A DNA stretch of 63,999 nucleotides, filler included, from Sphacelaria rigidula (lineage: Eukaryota): the NCBI GenBank assembly GCA_964200075.2. It is 5 parts of 5 records of this genome, joined end to end, with 100 filler letters (N's around TTAATTAATTAA, not from the genome) between each part and the next. Parts side by side here need not be neighbours in the genome. Positions count along the whole stretch, not along the records: positions 51,423 to 63,999 come from CAXNAA020003610.1; 4 more parts are not named here. The stretch is one strand, 5' to 3'. Below the pieces are notes generated by a model that was given only the letters and a program-made list of their open reading frames with translations, searched no databases and was not told the DNA's origin. A program made the translations under genes and the position numbers. Every line of letters begins with the position of its first letter. Position 1 is the stretch's first letter. This document shows, piece after piece, positions 51,712 through 63,975 of this stretch.

Positions 51712-52987
51712 GAATTGTCAGAGTTGTCACCGAGACTGAGGGAATGAACGACTCGACCGACTCTTTGACAGCGTCGGCGGATTCCGGCTCCGCCGCACCT
51801 CGCTCAGTGGAGGTAACTCTACTCGTATCTCCTACCATTACTTCTAGTTGCACCTCCTCCCCCAAATTGTGGAAGGAGCGGCGCCCTGGCCTTGCTCGTA
51901 CCGGCTTGGCTTCCTTTCCAACTTCGTTTACTCTAACGCAGTCCAACGCTTTCCAGTCTGCATCGGTGGCTGCTGACACCTTCAAGAACTCTTCAGCGGC
52001 CAGAACACTCCCTCCGCCTCCGCAATGGACAACCAAAGCGAGGGGTCGTCGCTTCATCGGTCCTGGAATGGGGCGCTCGGCGTCACTGGTGGGCTCGTCT
52101 TCGGTTTGCGGAGTATACAGTGCGCTGACATCTTCCAACGCTAACGCCATGACGCCTGCGGTCTCTTCCGGGTACTCGGCCTCCAGTTCCTTCAGCAGCA
52201 TCCCGTCCAGTTTGGGTCCTTGCGGCCCTCCCTCTCCACCGGGTCCGGCTTCAGTGTTGTCGTCAGGGAATGACACGTCAATGTCGGTTCCCCGGGGTTG
52301 GCTTCCTTGCAGCCGGGGCGAGGCGTCCGGCAGCTGGTGCTCGTGCCCAGCTCTCCACTTGGGAACCATATCATACTCCATCAACCTCAGCGCCCACCGG
52401 TGGAACTTGGGTAACAAGCTTTGACTGCGAAACAGCCACGTCAACGCACTACAACCCGTGACTAGCGTGAACTCCCGCCCCCACAGATACGATCTATATC
52501 GCTCTACTGACCACAAAACAGCCACGACCTCTCTCTCTGACGCCGTCCTCTCTTCGTCCGCTCGAGACCACCCATGACTAGCATATTCGATTATCCATTC
52601 CCGCCCATCGGCTTCCTGGGCCAGGGCGGCCCCCGCCGCGTACTGCGAGGCGTCGGAGTGTAGTACGAATCGCTCATTCCAATCCGGGTATACCAAGATC
52701 GAATACGTCATCAGCGCGTCCTTCAAGTTCACGAATGCTTGTCGCTGCTGAGGCCCCCACGGGATTGCCATCCTCCTCGCCCGCTTGGTGGCGAATCGCT
52801 TGTCTCTCAGCAAGTCTGTGAGTAGCGCCGCCATGTTACTGTATCCCTTTATGTACCACCTAAGATATCCAGTTGTACCCAGAAACGATCTTAGCTCCTC
52901 TACCTTCTCTGGTTCCCTCAACTGAGCAATTGCTTCGATCTTAGACTGCGAGGGTGGAATCCCCGAAGCATCGGTCGTCATCCCCAC
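51712..52987 (-). pseudogene. Gypsy pol C-terminal part: RT connection/RNase H fused in frame to a C5-DNA-methyltransferase-like Rossmann domain
   Basis: Single ORF 52987-51662. After RNase H and an acidic linker it reads LALVVHCGGGGSVLAAEEFLKVSAATDADWKALDCVRVN...EVMVGDTS. Confidence 0.7.
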
Positions 52988-53008
52988 AAAGTCCTGTTGT
53001 TGGGTGCA

Positions 53009-55100
53009 CTACTGTGATTTCTGGAAATTCACAGTGAGGCCGGTGGTTAGCAGATAATGAAGCACAACTCTCAGCCCCGTTATGTGACTGGCGAAAGTCG
53101 CACTAGGCCACAAGATGTCATCCAACCAATTCTTGACACCCTTCACCGGGAACAACGCTTCGGATACTGTTCGGTGAACCCTTGCCGGTAATACCTTGAG
53201 CCCGAATCCACGACGTTGATATTGCCATAGGTGCCCCTTCGCATCGCGAAAGGCTGTCGGGTATCGGTCTTCTTTTTCCACGTCCAACTGGGACAACCCA
53301 CTCGCTACATCAACACTCGTGAAGTACTTGGATCCTGCTAGCCCACTATACGTGGTCTGCATATCCTCCAAACCGCCGCTGTATGACTCGAGAAGTTCGT
53401 TCAGTCCACGATAATCCTGACACAACCGTAAACTACCGTCTTTCTTCCGTACCGTGACACAAGCAGCTGCCCATGCTGACGTCGACGGTTCGATGATCGT
53501 CCGCTCCACGAGCTTCTGGATCTCATCTTGAATAGCCGTTTCTTGTTCTGGCGAGTACCGCGCAGTGCCGGCAGCGAACGGTCGACACTAGAGCTCCTTC
53601 AGCTGTAGACGTAACGGTTCTCCACAGGCGGCCTTCACTCGTTTAGGATCCACGGCAAAACGACCGGCTTCGTTAAAGTCGCCTAACACACTATACGTGG
53701 TCTGCATATCCTCCAAACCGCCGCTGTATAACTCGAGAAGTTCGTTCAGCCCACGATAATCCTGACACAACCGTAAACTACCGTCTTTCTTCCGTACCGT
53801 GACGCAAGCAGCTGCCCATGCTGACGTCGACGGTTCGATGACCGTCCGCTCCACGAGCTTCTGGATCTCATCTTGAATAGCCGTTTCTTGTTCTGGCGAG
53901 TACCGCGTAGTGCCGGCAGCGAATGGCCGACACTTGGGCTCCTTCAGCTGTAAACGTAACGGTTCTCCACAGGCGGCCTTCACTCGTTTAGGATCCACGG
54001 CAAAACGACCGGCTTCGTTAAAGTGGCCTAACAACGACAGCAGCCGGCTTTTCTGCGGTGGACCTAGCTGACCTATGTTTGCCTCCGTGAGATCTACTCC
54101 TATGGGCTGAGTTGTGTCACTCTCCTTCACCTTCGCTGATTCCGGCAGCGGTTGGGGAGGGGCTGACGCAGTCCCTCCATCCTCCAGCTTCGACTTGAGC
54201 GTTGTGCCCGAGTTGGAAACGTTCAGACTCTGCAACTGCCCGCGATCCTGAACATTCACGGCCACGACCTTTGCCACTGTGATACCCTTCTTTACTAACC
54301 GAGCACTCTTGGCTGTGTTGACCACCTTACATACTACTGGTAAATGTGGATCCCACCATTGCACTCCCCTGGCAACCCCTACCTCTGCCTCCTCGTCTAC
54401 ATCGAACGCCTGCCGAGGTTCGATTAACACGAGTTGTCGTTCCTGTGTTTGAGGTCCTCGTATGTAGCCTAGGACTAGCTCGCTAACGAAACCTTTTAAA
54501 CTCACGTCCTCCGTCAGACGCAGTGGTCACTGAAGCGGAGCGTCGTCCTCCCACGCTGCTCCAAGGCTCTTCCATACGTCATCCCATGCTGCCAGGTCGC
54601 TCTCACCAGACAACATCCCCGTCGGGTCGTTACTAGTTGTGCTCGGCTTGACAGCACAGAAGAGACCCCACCTTGCCGAATCTCCTCGGCCAGTGAGGCG
54701 GTCGGTGTCCACAGCTCCGAGTTTCGGTGAACCGCGAGACACGAACCTTATCCTTGGTGCCTTCGGTGAAGGTCGAAATCCTGGTCGACCTTCAAAAGAC
54801 AACGTGCTCTTGTTTCTTCTTAAGAAACTTGCTCTCAAAATGAATCCGTACGGTAATCCACCAACCACCCTAACCCATACCTTCCTCACTATGTCTTCTG
54901 GATGGAAGCGGATTGGAATTACCGTAGACCCTAGGATCTTCATCGGAGGCGTCCTACTGTTACTAGGGTTCGCGGCCCTCAAACTTTATGCTCCCTGTTG
55001 TTGTAACCTGTCTGTTATGTTACCCCAGGTAACCAACGACCTCCACCACTGTTTTGATGCATAGCTTCCCCCCCCGCACCGGTGTTCAGTAACACCGTTA
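53009..55100 (-). pseudogene. Gypsy protease and reverse transcriptase (stops, frameshift, 345-bp internal tandem duplication)
   Basis: ORFs 54982-54527, 54505-53588 and 53509-53009; duplicated unit 53344-53688 / 53689-54033. Confidence 0.88.
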
Positions 55101-55239
55101 CTGGTAGACCGTGGCTACTCTTACTGTAGTGTCAAACTTTGGCTTGTACCCACAGCTGCTGTGCATCGTTACTCCTTATCCCTGCTACAAGGTCTATACT
55201 TACGCGGTCCGCCGGAGACTGCGGCCCCAAGGCGCATCC

Positions 55240-57332
55240 TCATTCCTCGTTCGTGGCGTCGAACTGCTTGCTGAGCGAGTCAACTGTCTCGGTTTCTCCC
55301 TCTTCACACGATATTGCAGGACTGTCCGGACTGTGGGAGAACCCCCGATCGCGGCGCTCGTTGTCGATTAGACTAAACAAGTCCCCGGGTTGTAAACTCA
55401 TCAGTCTATCCCTTCTGGTCCTAGACTTGTCCTTGGGATGTGGCTGGTCAGGCTGCTTGTAGTAGCCGAACGGGATGCGGTTGCCCTCGTGCGAGTAGTG
55501 ACAGGTTCCGGTATCATTGTCGCTACAATCACGCCCGTATGCGTGATTGGAACACACCCCCAGCAATCGTACTGCGACGTCGCGTTTCCCCTGGGGCGCG
55601 TTGCAGGGGGGGATAAAGCCGATCGTAGGGACCTCGCCCTGTGTATCAAACCTGACACGCTTGCTCAACTTGGTCGATACTTCCGGTGAACGCTTCTGCG
55701 AGTCTCGGGCGGGTGGGGACGTTCCGAACGGTGTACCACCGCGCGGCGTTGATGCCTTCTGGTTACTGAAGGCAGCGAGGGGATTGAACTCGTCCTCAAT
55801 TGCCTGTTCCTTCGCATTGTTCGCCACCAACCCCGCGTACAATGGTGACGGTGCGCTGCGTGACTGGGTGGGGCGAGTCAACGCTGCGGCTGCGTGGGTC
55901 ATCAAGGTATCCGTGGTATTGGCCCATTCGCAGTGGCGCTGAAGGGCTAACACGAAGGCGCTGTAGATCCGGTATGTGATACGCCCTCGCATTTTCATGG
56001 GTGGGCTAGACAGGTCGCCATAGTTGACGGGTAACATGCGGACTTCATATTCTAGTGCTTTGTTGGGGATTTGCAGGAGAGTGTTTGTCACCAACTGTGC
56101 GGTCGCGTTGGGCATCACCAGTTGGTGAAAGATACCGCACACTCTCAAGATCAGGGTCTCCGAAGCGTTCCTCCAAAAACATTCTTCCTCAGCCATGTGA
56201 GGAGAGGATGGTGAAATCGTGGCTGCCACAGTCAGTAGTACAAGGCGGTGAGCGGCCGCTACGTAGCTCTCTTTCTTCAGTAGCTTCATGTGTCTTAGGG
56301 CGGTTTCTGCGTGGCCTGTACCCATCCTGGCCTCCTCCGTTACTAACTTGCTGGGCCACTCTAGATCAGTGACATCCTCAAACGGTACTTTCAATAGGTC
56401 CCCCGCTACGCCGGGCACCTCGATAGCAGTTTCTCTCCAATTCGTCATTGCAGTGTATGTGGCTGAGGTGAGTAGTACGACTCGGATGAGTAGATCCCTA
56501 CGCCGGTCTGTATTTTGGTCCGCTTGTGGTTTCAGCGGTTTGCTAGTCAAATGAGCATCGGTGGGTAGCCTCCAACTCCCCCCTTCATACGCCGCTAGAG
56601 TGGTATAGAAATGGTGTACAAATATAACCGCGGAGTTGTGGTAGGTTAAATCTCCGGTCCAATCCACGGACCGCCCTTTGTGTACTATCGTGTCTGCGTC
56701 TTTGGATCCCAGCAGCTTGGCTAGGTGGGAAGCCTGTCGTGACATTGATTCCTGATGTTTGAGTATCGCGGACCAGTTACGATCAAATCACTGGGCAGGA
56801 GGCGCGGAAATACGGGAGTATGTGGCTCCGTACGGCGTCATCCCATCCAACCGGGTTTGGGTAGCCGGGGTGTTGCCGGCGGGATTGAGTGATCCGCAGA
56901 AGGGGTTACTATAGAGACCCACCGGGTCGGGAGCAACCATGTACCGGGAACGGCACTGCGGGGGCAACGGCGTCGTGGGCGGCATCTGGGAATTAAAAAA
57001 ATCCCCGGTAGCCGGCGCTTGCGGGGCCCACTGAGGCGCAGGGGCTAGTAGTTCCTGCTGAGGAAGCAGAGGAATAGACGGCGGCATGTTTTGGTGCCGG
57101 GGGGCGAGGTGCCCTTGCTGTTGCTGATGGAGCATCTGTTGCGGCGGCGGCGGCATGGCAGCCTGCTGCTGCAAGAGCGGTGCAACAACCTGCTGCTGAG
57201 GGGGTGGGACAGCTTGCTGCTGCTGAAAAAATGCGACGACCTGCTGCTGCTGAGGAGCTTGTACAGGAGGCTGTTGGGCTGACACCGGCGGGTAGAGGGC
57301 TGAGCTTGCGGGTTCAAGGGCTTTCCACTCAT
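55240..57332 (-). pseudogene. Gypsy Gag-like ORF (Q/P-rich N-terminus, C-terminal CCCH zinc finger)
   Basis: ORFs 57285-56788 and 56745-55240 are in the same frame, separated by one TGA. They lie between the putative LTR and the protease. Motif CSNHAYGRDCSDNDTGTCHYSH. Confidence 0.75.
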
Positions 57333-58189
57333 TTTGCGCCGAGTTCGAGTTGGCTATGTGGTACTTGGAACGTCAACCTGCGCACGTACCACGTGGATGT
57401 ACAAAAAAACACCGATTAAACGCATACAGGACTATAGACGACCGTTCCTTACATCCTCTGTGAGTACAGAGGGCGGGGTGTGATTGTAAACATTTTCCGA
57501 TCATCAACTGGTGGGCGGAAGGAATGGAGCAAGTAACGTGGCGACGGCGCTTTTTGGGCACACAAGGGAAAGTGGACACCCGAAAGGGGAAAGAGAGCGG
57601 AGGAAACGACAATGTGACCGGACAGGTACATGCGTGTGTATTTTGGCCAAGGTTTTTCCCGTGTCGAGGAACAGCCAAGGATAATTTCCTGGACTCCCGT
57701 CATAATGTCAACCTGTTCGGGCATGCATGGGAAATATGGTTCCCCTCAACCTGTTCTAACAAGCACAGTCTTGACATCTTAAGTTCTTTCTCCTCGTCCA
57801 TTTTTCTGCCTGTTTGCTGGATCGTATCAGCATATTTAAGTCCATACAACTTTTTCGTTCCTCAACTCAATGTCTGGCTTACATGCCGGTAATGTGATTA
57901 GCATCAAGGGTAATTACCCTCGTCGTTCCGTACCAGCCAGCAGCCCTTGTCGGTTTCTTTCGAGTATACATCTCGGCGAAGGAATGTGTGGAACCCGTGG
58001 ACCCTCAAGACCAGAAGAATGTAGCCTTGTCCAGGTGATGGTCATAGCACGCACAGGTAGACGGTCCACTTAGGATTGACCGTCGGGACGCGCGCGGCAG
58101 AAGATCGCCGGGATCTGGCGGAGTACTCGTCTGGCAGCCTCGTGCAGACCAACCTCTTGGCTCGCAGGTTTCCTCCGTAGTCGCCCAGT

Positions 58190-58530
58190 TGTTATGGAGT
58201 AAAGTTGAATATCCCGTTCGTAAGTGGCTGCGGGAAATTGGCAGACGGTTCTATTTTTAAGATTATCAACGCCTGCTGCATGCAGCCTAGTGGCTGTTGA
58301 CCTACCACTGCGGGTCAGAGTAATCCACGTGTGATACTTTCAGCCGCATACATGGAATTGTCCACACATGTATAAACAGTGTTTTTCCTCTTTTTCAAGA
58401 TTACTAGGAGTACAGGGTTTAGTGCATGATCTCCACAATCAGAGCAAGGTCACATAGCTCTGAAGCTCTTCGAGCGTGCATAGCTCGTGTATATCCGGTT
58501 CTTCATCCACCCCGGACGTAACCGATCACA
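58190..58530 (-). repeat. Putative 5' LTR of the Gypsy element
   Basis: Minus strand TGTGATCGG...CCATAACA, then AC, then TGGGCGACTACGGAGG (PBS-like). No second LTR is in the window to confirm it. Confidence 0.5.
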
Positions 58531-61500
58531 TGAGGGGGGCGTCCCGGGTTATAATTCCCTTATGCGTGACACTCAAACATTTTACGTATCGATGATGTGT
58601 CCCCCCCCTGACTGGGGGTAGAGTCAGTACCTCACACTGCGTTCATTCCGCCTCGTAATTTCTGTCCCTGACCAATCGGCTTCACATGGTAGCCTGGAAC
58701 GCTGTCACTCCTCGTCGGGGGCACACATGGTCCTGCCTGAAATGCGGCAGTCGGTGGCCCCACTTTGAAGCACAGCGTGATCCCCCCTTGAAAAACATGT
58801 GCATTCTATCCAGCAATAAATTTAGCAGACCACATCTCGGAAGTTCTATTTTTTACTTCTCTTTGTCACGCGATATCAGATTATCGGAATCAGTCTAGCG
58901 CTTTTCGATGCGATGGTCAATATTTCCTTCCGGTAATACAGTCATCACTCCACCATGCGCCCTCGCAGAATATACTCTCGAACTAACAGTGCACGGCATC
59001 TTCTTCTTCCGTAATCACCGTGCTACTTGTTTTTATCGAGCATTGCTGAAAATTCACGTATGGCGAGGGTAGTAACCGTAAACTTGAGGGATGGCGGGGT
59101 ATGACTTGCTCCTGCCAGCGTTATCGCGCGGTAGTGAACGGACGTACAGTAACTGTTGCATAGAGGGATGCCACAAAGCTGACAGATCCGACTCTTGTTA
59201 GCAAAGGTATCAAATCATGTTCCACGAAGCGTGAAGCTGTCGTGTTCTTCCTGCCGGAAGAGTAGGCGCCACAGCCGCTGCACCTTGGTGTGTAACACAC
59301 ACACAATGTTGCATCCAACGCCAATTTCATAGCATACAGCAGCAGTTGCTTGAGTTGTGAGCACGAGTTTTCTGTTTTTTCGTCTGTGGGCTGGGTTCCC
59401 TCTAGGCTAGTGCGGACAATTGACCCGACCCGCACAGACTAGCATCTGCCCACCTCGGATGTGATATGAGTTGCAGAACGGCAGTGAGTAGTAATGCAGT
59501 GTAGTGCCACACTGCTCCTTGAATATCGTGTCATGACGCAGTGTCATCTACATAAGCACAGGTAGCACAACACAGTATCGCTTTTCTTCTCTAAAGACAA
59601 CGAGTCATCTTGGCTTTGCAACGCCCAGCGATTATCTGACTGTGTCATACTGTACTATGTAAAGGAGGTCAGGGGTGAGGGGATAGTTGGTGACATGGCA
59701 TAACCAGCACCTTGCATCAGGTTACACGAAGATATGTATCAGCTTGTACTGTAGCACGAGATGCAACCTGCCAGCTAGTCTATCTTCACGCAACCAGTCT
59801 AACGGTCCCACACAGACGGTGTATCCACACAGTCTGAGACGTAAACAAAAATATTCCCGATTCGGTTCCATCCGTCAATATGCCTGCACTCATTTTCGGG
59901 TTGCGACTGTACCGGTTCGTTAGCAGTGGCCCCAATTCGAAAACACGTCCTTCGTATCATGTCTGGATGCACGAGCATGATAACGCCCTGGCGACCTTTT
60001 GGCAGCGGGTGTCAAGGTTTCATGCTGGACCGATTTCGTTGTTGTGAGCGAACGGACATCTGTCACGGCATGCAACGCCTGGTTAGCATTGCTATTCTCT
60101 CCAGCGCCATCAGCATGTTATATAACCCCTGCCCTGGCAGCATCCAGTCTGGCCGATCGAGTAGCGGCAGTGTTTATTGACAGTTCTCAATTGTGAACGA
60201 ACGGCAGCGAATTGGGTTATTGAGGTATACCCCCACCATTATACTGTTTTAGCGGTATGAGACAAGTGTGTACAGGGCAAATATCAGCACCTTGTTTTGC
60301 TCTTATCGTGACTTGCGCCCCTCCCCAGCTCCTCAAGCGGTATTCTAGCCTTTCCCCTGTATACCTTTGTCTCCGCTCACAGTCGCTAACCATTATTTCC
60401 CATGCATTACTTGTTACAAAGAGAGCAAGCTTGTAGCTGCTCGCCTCCCCTAGTGTTTCGAGAGAATTCAAGGTGTGGTGGGGTGCCTGTATAAATGCAA
60501 AAATTCTGCTGGTACTGTAAAATGTATACAAGTCAGCAGCTGTCTTCGCTCGGACTGCGCAAGTCTGTTCTACACATCTGAGGGCACAGCACCCTAGCAT
60601 CTTATGCGGTTACTTGGTTACTCCTCGCACCGCTCCGTCTTTGTTCACTGTCTGTATGGCTGTTTGCTTCTTTCAGGATTTGTTGTAACAACATTCCTCA
60701 TTGTACCGTCGGAGCGAGCGATTGGCTGGCGTAGTTTTCAGTTGGGACATAAATCTGAGTCCAATAATCTGCAACCATACATTGAATGCATAGGTGTGGC
60801 TCCGATAACTAGCGTATGTGGCAGTACCTTTTTTGCCCGCCACCCATTTCATTCGCTGTACGTATGCAAAATAACCTCCCACCCGAGCAGCTGTTGTGTG
60901 CCCTGAGGTTATGCGCGACATCACCACCCAGCAGTTTTGCGCAGATGATCCCTCTTTACCCTAACGTGCGCGCTTCGGTCTATGATCATGTGGCTTGCTT
61001 GTAGTTTCTGTTAATGCGCAAGCCGGTTAGATTTGCACACGGTTCACCTTACGAACATAGCCCCGCAGGTGGGTACCGGTAGTAATCCCCCGGTGTGAAG
61101 TACTTACGGTTCAGCCCTGTCGGTCGCTTTTTCGAAGTCTCTTCCTCAAGCGCAGTATGCACGCATGAGTGGGTTGACCTACGCCACCATAATCTGAAAT
61201 ACAAGTAACCACTGTAATCGTCTCCGCAGTTCGCTTCCTACTGCACTGGCGCAACACGTGCGCGCGTCGCCCATGGCGCGCACCATGGTTTCATATACCT
61301 TGTCCGCTTGTTGTATCAACGGAAATGTTGTACCCTGGGATGAAACGAAACTACAGTTTGTTACCTTCATTTTCATATGAAGATTGAAATCTCCCGTCGG
61401 TTGCTGTATCTCGCAGCTTTTTTTTCTAACCAAATTTCGCAGGGTGTGATCACCCTAGATGGACGGATTCGACACAATGTTTCCGGTTTCGAAGCACCAT

Positions 61501-63649
61501 GTTGCAAACAGAATTGGTTGTGCAGGGCTGTGGTCAACGTTGCATGTCTCTCCCGTGCAACCAACGATTCCCTGAATAAATTCAGTCACACCAGTACCGA
61601 AGTTTCGTTATTCTATACACGTTAAGACATCATTCCTCATTTCACAACCTAATCACACCCCCTGGAAATAAAGTCTCCAGGTCGCACATCACACTGTTCG
61701 TTCACGAATTCGCATTTTCTATTATTGTGTCGACTCACATCATCTAGATCCATCCCTCATGACAAGTTCACCTTCACGCACTCACCGTGTATCCGCTAAT
61801 CAACCAATCAACGCACCGCACGAGTGGAAAATCCAAACGCAGAACAGAGCAACGTTGAACGTCAGGGTATCTTGATCACAGCTTCAGGGCCGATTCAGTT
61901 TCTCTTTTTCAATGATGGTTTTTAGCTCGTTCCAGAAAGGATTGCAAAAGCAGGGTGCCGACCGTCATCGATTCTAAGGAGTCGAGTTCAAGTCGGGTGT
62001 AAAGAGGCATGTTGATGTCAATGTCTGCATACGGGCTCAAACATCCTCAACCCTGACTGCGGCACAATGCCAGTTCCCGCAGTCAGCCCTCCGGGACTGT
62101 TCCATCAGAAAGACGGGCCCATCATTGTACTGCCCTTTCTCCATGCATACCGCGACCCATAACAGAGGTTCTATCGAAAAACAACTGGTTCACCAGAATC
62201 CAAGTGCAACAACGATGGACTCGCTGGCATCTCTTCTGCGCATCTTCGAATAAAGCGTGATGAAACACGAGAAGCACTACCGTGACGGACTGCCACAGGG
62301 GAGTACAGCGCTTCAGGCACAAGCGCGCTGGCACGATGTCGACAACACGGAAAACGCTAGCGCGCGTGCTGCTCGAAAATAACGCTCTCCGCGCGTGTAA
62401 TCTAATTCCATGATTTTCATTTGATTCAATGCAGAGGTTACCCTACGGGTGTGGAGCCAATACTACTACTGTGTACCAACCGCATCGTGACGCCTGCGGC
62501 GGCACTACCTGCTCACTGCACAGCGGTAGGGTGCAGGGTGACAAAGCACACCGCAGGACGTGACGTCCTTAGCCTATTTCTGTCCTGCATTGATTTCGCG
62601 TTGTCTTATGCAGTTCGCCACATCACGCGTCAAATACAAATGACAATTTGGCTCCTAAGAAGTGAACTATACTTCAAGTACATTCATTCAAGCCTGGGAG
62701 TGGTCGGTGTTGAGGTGATTTTATTCCTCCGGAAAGCTCGCCCCACATCAGTAGATAGACAATCTTGTTGCACTACCTAGTGCCCTGCTTCTGTCTGTAC
62801 CAGCCGGAAAGCACACGCCCCCGAGCCGCCACCCCACGTTTACCGTCATTGCAAAGATAACAAGACAAGAGCACGAACAGCAGCTGTTGTGGCCGCTACA
62901 CACCAACGTAACTGCAGTGAAAGGCGTACCTGACATAGTGCTAGAACGAGAAAGTATGGAAATTTAGAGATCATGAGCAGCAGCGTCGCGCATCCAAAAA
63001 CTACTGAGAACGGTGCTGATGTTGTTGACGATCAAGAGTTTCAATCTGTGCGGATTGGCCACGCGCTGCATGTCCTACACACGGCTATGACTGCGGGATT
63101 GGAGAGTGAATTTCTCATGGGCCCCATGGGGTCAGGGTCATGGCATGAGTGGAAGGAATCCCGTCTTGTCAGTCGCTTGGGCACGGTCTGGTTCTCCCTG
63201 CCCAGATTAACATTTTCAGGATGTACAGGCAGTCACTTGAAACATCGTGGCTCTGCCTACATAGGCATACATGATGCGCAGTCTGAAATCAAAATGACTC
63301 TTCGCGCCTTGGCTTCTCCGCTGGAACCCTCAGGCACAGCAGCCGAAGTTCATGTGTGACCTCGATCTTTGCAACTCAATACATGAGGGGGACTCGCTGT
63401 TGAAAGGAAAATTTGTCCTTTGTGCACAGCCGTATAGAATGAAGCAGCACCTGGTGGCATGCCACAAAGTGAAATGCCATCTTCTGCTCGCTGCAAGAAA
63501 AAAGCCATGCAGCTCAGAGCGAAGCTTGTCGAACATTGCATAGTGCATCTCATTCTGATACTATTTGATAGTATATACAGACAGTTACTAAATACATGAC
63601 CGCGGTCGCCAGCAGATGTGACGCACATACTGCACTCGTACTAAAATTG

Positions 63650-63775
63650 CTCCTGACGACTTGGCTTCTGCACTGGAGCCCTGACATGGAGCAGTAGCCA
63701 GCTTTGTTCTACTTCTGTGAACTTTCCCGCTGTAATTCGATACTTCAAATGATCCTCGTCGTTGAAAGGTGAGTT
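63650..63775. repeat. Dispersed repeat family B, copy 2
   Basis: Matches 3425-3545. Confidence 0.8.
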
Positions 63776-63782
63776 TGTCCTT

Positions 63783-63975
63783 CCACAGCCTGGATTCGGT
63801 TTCGAGGTTCACCCTTTAATTGGGGTCTAACGGATCATCGAAGTTTCATTTATTTTGTTCAAAAGGCTCGGGATTCGCAACCGGTTGCGACCATGTGCCC
63901 CTAACCCAGAAGTTTCTGCACGGCAGCGAAAGCATGGTGATGAGCAGTCCTACAAAAAAACCGCCGTCATCGATA
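63783..63975. repeat. Repeat family F, uninterrupted copy (empty site of the 455-bp MITE)
   Basis: Its reverse complement aligns to ~34905-34949 joined directly to ~35409-35552. Confidence 0.82.

Larger units (their letters stand above)
51712..58530 (-). mobile_element. Decayed Ty3/Gypsy LTR retrotransposon (LTR-gag-PR-RT-RH-methyltransferase-like), 3'-truncated before integrase
   Basis: Protease VLLNTGAGG (D>N, ~55070-55097) with GLPYGFIL; RT KKDGSLRLCQDYRGLN and NWLDDILW; RNase H LHSDASQYAAGAAL and EREVVAVLWSV; order PR-RT-RH. Putative 5' LTR 58190-58530 (TGT...ACA) followed after 2 nt by a TGG-starting PBS-like tract. Confidence 0.92.

Noticed and set aside
51662-57332. Possibility that the RT-RH-MT element is a DIRS/tyrosine-recombinase retrotransposon
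   Set aside because: It has an aspartic protease motif and Ty3-type RT/RH signatures, no tyrosine recombinase is visible, and the MT motifs look C5-type rather than Dam-like.
58600-63600. Fragmentary ORFs upstream of the Gypsy LTR (e.g. HADGAGENSN on the minus strand near 60100)
   Set aside because: Only a faint transposase-like resemblance with no supporting downstream motifs.
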